Shown here in pieces: positions 59,652 to 64,000 of a DNA stretch of 64,000 bases. A model generated the notes under the pieces. It ran no database searches and was not told where the DNA came from. It saw only the letters and a list, made by a program, of their open reading frames with translations. Location: NCBI GenBank assembly GCA_022448725.1, contig JAKUTR010000007.1, positions 5,945 to 69,944 on the forward strand. The letters run 5' to 3'. The stretch comes from SAR202 cluster bacterium. GTDB taxonomy: Bacteria; Chloroflexota; Dehalococcoidia; Lucifugimonadales; VXLM01. Numbering within the stretch: position 1 is the stretch's first letter; the number at the start of each line of letters is the position of its first letter. Position numbers and translations under genes: made by a program.

Positions 59652-60413
59652 TTATGAGTTTCCCCGGTTTGCGGGTTCGATAAGTCCCTTGTAGCCTTTC
59701 GCCTCTAGTTCCTCTGATAACTCGCTCCCACCCTGGCGAACGATTTGCCCGTCTACTAGGACGTGAACGTAATCCGGATTTATATAACTTAAAATTCTCT
59801 GGTAATGGGTGACGAGAATAAACGCTCTATCTGAACTTCGCATCCCGTTGATACCAGTGGCAATTGTCCGGAGTGCGTCAATGTCCAGTCCCGAGTCGGT
59901 CTCGTCGAGAAGTGCGAGCTTAGGTTCGAGGATGGCAAGCTGCAGCATCTCGTTACGTTTCTTCTCTCCTCCGGAGAATCCCTCGTTAACATTCCGCCGA
60001 GACAGGTCAGGATCCATGCCAATATCCACTACTTTTGCTCGGTAAAGCGTATCGAACTCGCGGGCGGTGAGTTCTTCCTGTCCTCGTCGATTTCGCAGGG
60101 CGTCGAGAGCCGCTTTTATGAACTGGCGGTTACGTACGCCAGGCAACTCCACAGGGTATTGCATGGCGAGGAAGATCCCTGAAAGAGCACGGTCGTCAGG
60201 TGTTGTATCTACCAGATCCTGTCCTTCATAGTTGATCTTGCCCCCTGTGACTTCGTAGCCGGGCCTACCAGCAATGACGTTCGCAAGAGTACTCTTACCA
60301 CTGCCGTTGGGGCCCATGATGGCGTGCACTTCGCCAGCATTTACCCTAAGGTCGATACCCTTGAGGATTTTGGTGCCTTCAACCGAAGCATGAAGTTGTT
60401 CTATCTCTAGCAT
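59652..60413 (-). CDS. sufC: Fe-S cluster assembly ATPase SufC
   Basis: GPNGSGKS, QYPVE, VNEGFSGGEKKRNE, LDETDSGLDID, THYQR. Confidence 0.97.
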   Translation of the reverse strand: MLEIEQLHASVEGTKILKGIDLRVNAGEVHAIMGPNGSGKSTLANVIAGRPGYEVTGGKINYEGQDLVDTTPDDRALSGIFLAMQYPVELPGVRNRQFIKAALDALRNRRGQEELTAREFDTLYRAKVVDIGMDPDLSRRNVNEGFSGGEKKRNEMLQLAILEPKLALLDETDSGLDIDALRTIATGINGMRSSDRAFILVTHYQRILSYINPDYVHVLVDGQIVRQGGSELSEELEAKGYKGLIEPANRGNS

Positions 60414-60416
60414 TTT

Positions 60417-61919
60417 CTATCCGACTGCTCCTTCAAGGCTAACCCGTAACAACTGCTGAGCCTCCATTGCGAACTCGAAAGGTAGCTCTTGAAAAATCCC
60501 CCTACAAAACCCGTTAATAATCATGTAATGAGCTTCTTCCTCGTTGAGACCACGTTGCTGGGCATAGAACAATTGGTCATCACTGACTTTCGAAGTCGAT
60601 GCTTCATGTTCCATTTTCGCTGTGGGATTTCGCACATCTATGTAAGGAACTGTATGTGCACCACACTCGTCTCCAACGAGTAGTGAATCGCACTGTGTGA
60701 AGTTGGTTGCACCTGTCGCAGACGGCATGATTTGTACGAGCCCACGGTAGGTACTTTGTCCTTTCCCGGCAGAGATGCCTTTCGCCACGATGGTGCTCTT
60801 TGTGTTTTTGCCAATGTGCGTCATCTTTGTGCCCGTGTCAGCCTGCTGATAATTGTTGACTAATGCAACCGAATAAAACTCTCCGGTTGAATTATCACCT
60901 TGGAGGATAACGCTTGGATACTTCCACGTGATGGCTGAGCCTGTCTCGACCTGAGTCCATGAGATCTTTGCATCGTTGGAGGCCTTACCACGCTTTGTAA
61001 CGAAGTTATAAACGCCACCTTCACCATTCTTGTCACCTGGATACCAGTTTTGTAGCGTCGAGTATTTTATTTCTGCTCCATCAAGAGCAACCAATTCAAC
61101 GACTGCGGCGTGAAGTTGGTGGGTCTTGCGGAGAGGAGCGGTGCAGCCTTCGAGGTAGCTAACGTAAGAACCCTCGTCGGCAATTATCAGTGTCCGCTCG
61201 AACTGCCCTGTGTCCAGGGCGTTGATACGGAAGTAAGTCATCAACTCAATTGGGCATCTTACTCCCGGAGGTACATATACGAATGACCCATCAGAGAAGA
61301 CAGCCGAGTTCAGCGTAGCGAAAAAATTGTCGCTGTAGGGGACGACGGAGCCAAGATATTTCTGCACCAGTTCCGGATGATTATGAACCGCTTCCGTCAT
61401 AGAGCAGAAAATAACCCCCGCCTTTTCGAGTTGATCTTGGTATGTTGTGGCGACCGACACACTATCAAAGACGGCATCAACCGCAACACCCGCAAGCTGA
61501 GCTTGCTCTTGCAATGGTATGCCTAGCTTGCTAAAGGTTTCTAAAAGTTCCGGATCTACCTCGTCTAGACTCTTCGGCGAATCATTGTCTGATTTAGGAG
61601 CAGCGTAGTAGTAAATGTCTTGGTAATCGATAGGAGTGTAGTCAATCTTGGCCCAGGAGGGTTCCTTGAAATCTTGCTTGACCCAGTGGCGATAAGCCTT
61701 TAATCGCCAGTCCAAGAGCCACTCCGGCTCATCTTTTTTCTCTGAAATCAGACGGACGATTTGCTCACTAATACCCTTTGGAGCGAAGTCCGAATCAATA
61801 TCTGTAACGAAACCATACTTGTAGTCATTGTCGAGGGATGAAGTTCGAGAAATTACGCGCGAATTGGTCAAAGTTAGTTCCCTTGCAACGACATGGCCCT
61901 CAACGGGCTTTGTTGCCAC
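60417..61919 (-). CDS. sufB: Fe-S cluster assembly protein SufB
   Basis: [41 protein letters not shown]. The true start may be TTG 61871, which has AAGGGA upstream. Confidence 0.97.
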   Translation of the reverse strand: MATKPVEGHVVARELTLTNSRVISRTSSLDNDYKYGFVTDIDSDFAPKGISEQIVRLISEKKDEPEWLLDWRLKAYRHWVKQDFKEPSWAKIDYTPIDYQDIYYYAAPKSDNDSPKSLDEVDPELLETFSKLGIPLQEQAQLAGVAVDAVFDSVSVATTYQDQLEKAGVIFCSMTEAVHNHPELVQKYLGSVVPYSDNFFATLNSAVFSDGSFVYVPPGVRCPIELMTYFRINALDTGQFERTLIIADEGSYVSYLEGCTAPLRKTHQLHAAVVELVALDGAEIKYSTLQNWYPGDKNGEGGVYNFVTKRGKASNDAKISWTQVETGSAITWKYPSVILQGDNSTGEFYSVALVNNYQQADTGTKMTHIGKNTKSTIVAKGISAGKGQSTYRGLVQIMPSATGATNFTQCDSLLVGDECGAHTVPYIDVRNPTAKMEHEASTSKVSDDQLFYAQQRGLNEEEAHYMIINGFCRGIFQELPFEFAMEAQQLLRVSLEGAVG

Positions 61920-61930
61920 TGCTATCGGCT

Positions 61931-61955
61931 ATTGTTGATCATATCAGTCATGAAA
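61931..61955 (-). promoter_or_regulatory. Putative IscR/Rrf2-type operator
   Basis: Minus strand TTTCATGACTGATATGATCAACAAT resembles the IscR type-1 consensus ATASYYGACTRWWWYAGTCRRSTAT and lies over the predicted +1. Confidence 0.5.
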
Positions 61956-61956
61956 T

Positions 61957-61985
61957 AGTTTAAGGTTGCTAGGCGGGCCAGTCAA
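61957..61985 (-). promoter_or_regulatory. Sigma70-type promoter of the suf operon
   Basis: Minus strand TTGACT (61985-61980), 17 bp spacer, TAAACT (61962-61957). Confidence 0.7.
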
Positions 61986-62098
61986 TATATTGTCGATTTG
62001 GTTATTTATTTCTGGCGGGAGGGTAATAAAAACCCCTCTTGGTTCGGAGGATTTCGATTCAACTAATGCGTCGTGAAGCACAACCAATCGTCAAATTG

Positions 62099-63025
62099 TC
62101 ATGAATCATCACGTAAGGCTCGGCCAGTGAGCCTGAGGAAGAGGTCCTCAAGGTTTGCCGGGCGCCAATTCCCGCTATGTCCGTTTGTTATGGAGTTGAC
62201 TGCGTCGAAATTATCCGTAGTGTCGTATATGGATACAGAATTGCCATTATCTTCAAACTCGACATTATTATTTCGGAGCGAGTTCACGATCGTTGATTTT
62301 TCATTGTGAGGTGGGTGGATCTCCATGACTCGATTGCCCACATACTCCATGACCAGTTCACTAGGAGTACCCTGGACTAAAATGTTCCCGTGGTCTATGA
62401 CGACAAGGCGGTCACATAAGTACGCTGCCTCTTCCATGTAGTGAGTAGTTAGAAGAGTTGTAATTCCCTCGTTTTTCAGCACAGCTAGTTTGTCCCATAC
62501 AGAGTGTCGGCTCTGTGGGTCCAATCCTGTTGTTGGTTCATCAAGTACAAGTATTTTGGGCTTGTTAAGTAGTGCACGTGCGATCAGGAGACGCCTTCGC
62601 ATACCACCAGATAGTTCGTCGGGTGTATTTTTTATTTTGTGACTTAGGTGTACGAAGTCCAATACCTCGTCGATTCGATGCATCGCTTCCGAGCGTGGGA
62701 TATTGAAGTAACGGGAATGCGCGTAGAGATTTTGGTGAACGGTGAGGTCGGGGTCTAGAGTATCGGACTGCGAAACAACTCCCAGCATATTTTTTATTTC
62801 CCGGGGGCTGTGCTGGACGCTGAGGCCGTGGACTGAAAGCTCACCTTCCGTCACAGGTGACATACATGTGATCATCCGCATGGTAGTTGTCTTGCCCGCA
62901 CCGTTAGGGCCAAGGAATCCAAAGCATTCACCTTCCATGATGTTCAGGTGGATACCATCGACGGCAGTGAGATCCTTGTACCGTTTAACTAGGCTGCGTG
63001 CTGATATGACGGGAGTCTGTTCCAA
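62099..63025 (-). CDS. ABC-2 type exporter ATP-binding protein (NodI-like)
   Basis: GPNGAGKTT, LSGGMRRRL, LDEPTTGLD, TTHYMEEA, LEDLFLRLTG. Confidence 0.92.
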   Translation of the reverse strand: MEQTPVISARSLVKRYKDLTAVDGIHLNIMEGECFGFLGPNGAGKTTTMRMITCMSPVTEGELSVHGLSVQHSPREIKNMLGVVSQSDTLDPDLTVHQNLYAHSRYFNIPRSEAMHRIDEVLDFVHLSHKIKNTPDELSGGMRRRLLIARALLNKPKILVLDEPTTGLDPQSRHSVWDKLAVLKNEGITTLLTTHYMEEAAYLCDRLVVIDHGNILVQGTPSELVMEYVGNRVMEIHPPHNEKSTIVNSLRNNNVEFEDNGNSVSIYDTTDNFDAVNSITNGHSGNWRPANLEDLFLRLTGRALRDDS

Positions 63026-63112
63026 GGGAGTGGTGAGCCTCTAGGGTAGTCGAACCTGACTAGCTTATGCGACAGCTACGCAATTTAGAAGTATTGTCCA
63101 CATGGAGTTTTC

Positions 63113-63976
63113 TTAGGTAGCGAAATGTTTCACAAACTCGGTCGGGAATTCGCCAACTTTATCAAGCACGTAAGGAGGGTCAACTTCACCTCGTCTGCCA
63201 GGTGGATAGGCTGCCTCAAACATAAAGTAGCCTTTGTATCCGATGTCCTTGAATGCTGCGAAGACTTCACCCCATTGGAGCGCACCGTCTAGAGGTGAAA
63301 AATGGTCGCGGTCGACCCAGTCATGTAAGTGGAGATGAATTAATCTTTGTCCACACTGAGCCATGGTCTCCCGGGCTCTATCCCGTTTGATGAACGGGTT
63401 CACCTCGTCGTCGTCACGGGTGTGGCCTACATCTACAACCATCCCGAAACGTTCAGAGCCAATCCTGTCAACGAAGCTAGTATATTCTGCAAGGTCCCGC
63501 CCATTTTCTATCGCAAGCTTGATGGAAGTGTTGTCAAGCTGGTCCAGCATCTCAGTGATGCTTCTTTCGCTTGGCTCGTCTGGACGGAAGTGACAGACCA
63601 TTACACCTGCTCCTAGCTCCTCAGATACTCTGGCAGCTTTGACTCCCTGTGCTACGGCTGCTGTGCGGTTATCCTCATCGTCAGAGGTGTAGTTGTATCC
63701 AGGGCTATGAGTTGATACCACCTTAACGCCATTGCGCTCAGTTTCTTTGTGTACGAAGGAAGCAAACTTGTTGTCTTCCACATCTAGGTGTCCGGGGTTG
63801 CCAAGACCACAGATTTCGATATGTTTGATACCTCTTGCGGCTATCATCTCAATATCTTCGGACAGTAATCTTCTATCCCGGGAGAAGACGATTGTGGAAG
63901 TACCAAGTCTTTTCTGAATCTCATCCGCTGTCCAGTTATGCGACGCATTGTTTGGTGTCACCAGTGATCTCCACAA
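63113..63976 (-). CDS. Sugar phosphate isomerase/epimerase (xylose isomerase-like TIM barrel)
   Basis: LAIEN, VDVGH, HLHLHD, DH..P.DG...W, MFE. Start uncertain. Confidence 0.85.
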   Translation of the reverse strand: MWRSLVTPNNASHNWTADEIQKRLGTSTIVFSRDRRLLSEDIEMIAARGIKHIEICGLGNPGHLDVEDNKFASFVHKETERNGVKVVSTHSPGYNYTSDDEDNRTAAVAQGVKAARVSEELGAGVMVCHFRPDEPSERSITEMLDQLDNTSIKLAIENGRDLAEYTSFVDRIGSERFGMVVDVGHTRDDDEVNPFIKRDRARETMAQCGQRLIHLHLHDWVDRDHFSPLDGALQWGEVFAAFKDIGYKGYFMFEAAYPPGRRGEVDPPYVLDKVGEFPTEFVKHFAT

Positions 63977-64000
63977 AGGATTGTTTGTGATGACGAAACG

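Noticed and set aside
62019-62038. Terminator after the ABC ATPase
   Set aside because: Weak GAGGG/CCCTC stem with no U-tract on the transcribed strand.

Overview
Gene-dense bacterial chromosomal segment, roughly 50% GC by eye. I found no rRNA, tRNA, CRISPR array, transposase or phage genes. Gene content suggests Chloroflexota, class Dehalococcoidia, probably a SAR202-like marine lineage (inference): an 11-subunit complex I, a DUF5679 protein, large lipoprotein solute-binding proteins, and many paralogous PhyH dioxygenases, enolase/racemase, aldolases and TIM-barrel hydrolases. Main blocks: (1) housekeeping and accessory genes at 1-13.7 kb (M16 peptidase, DipZ-like lipoprotein, RNase J, pilin, FabI, GGPP synthase); (2) a nuoABCDHIJK-orf-LMN operon lacking nuoEFG, with a palindromic operator over its promoter and followed by nadK and a NUDIX gene; (3) a catabolic cluster (PhyH, OSBS/N-acylamino acid racemase, acetamidase, GH127-like) next to an orphan ABC solute-binding protein; (4) a split cobalamin-type methyl-transfer cluster at 35.1-40.4 kb; (5) a xanthine dehydrogenase-family M-S-L molybdoenzyme, hisS, a TPP enzyme and RraA; (6) a suf operon with two sufU genes and an internal Rrf2 regulator. 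Block 4 is the best candidate for an undescribed system. It encodes a PF13769-like protein, a stand-alone homocysteine methyltransferase, an uncharacterised internally duplicated protein, two tandem MtaA/CmuA-family Zn methyltransferases and an AcsE-like pterin-binding methyltransferase, but no recognisable corrinoid carrier. All family calls come from motif recognition by eye; no database search was run.
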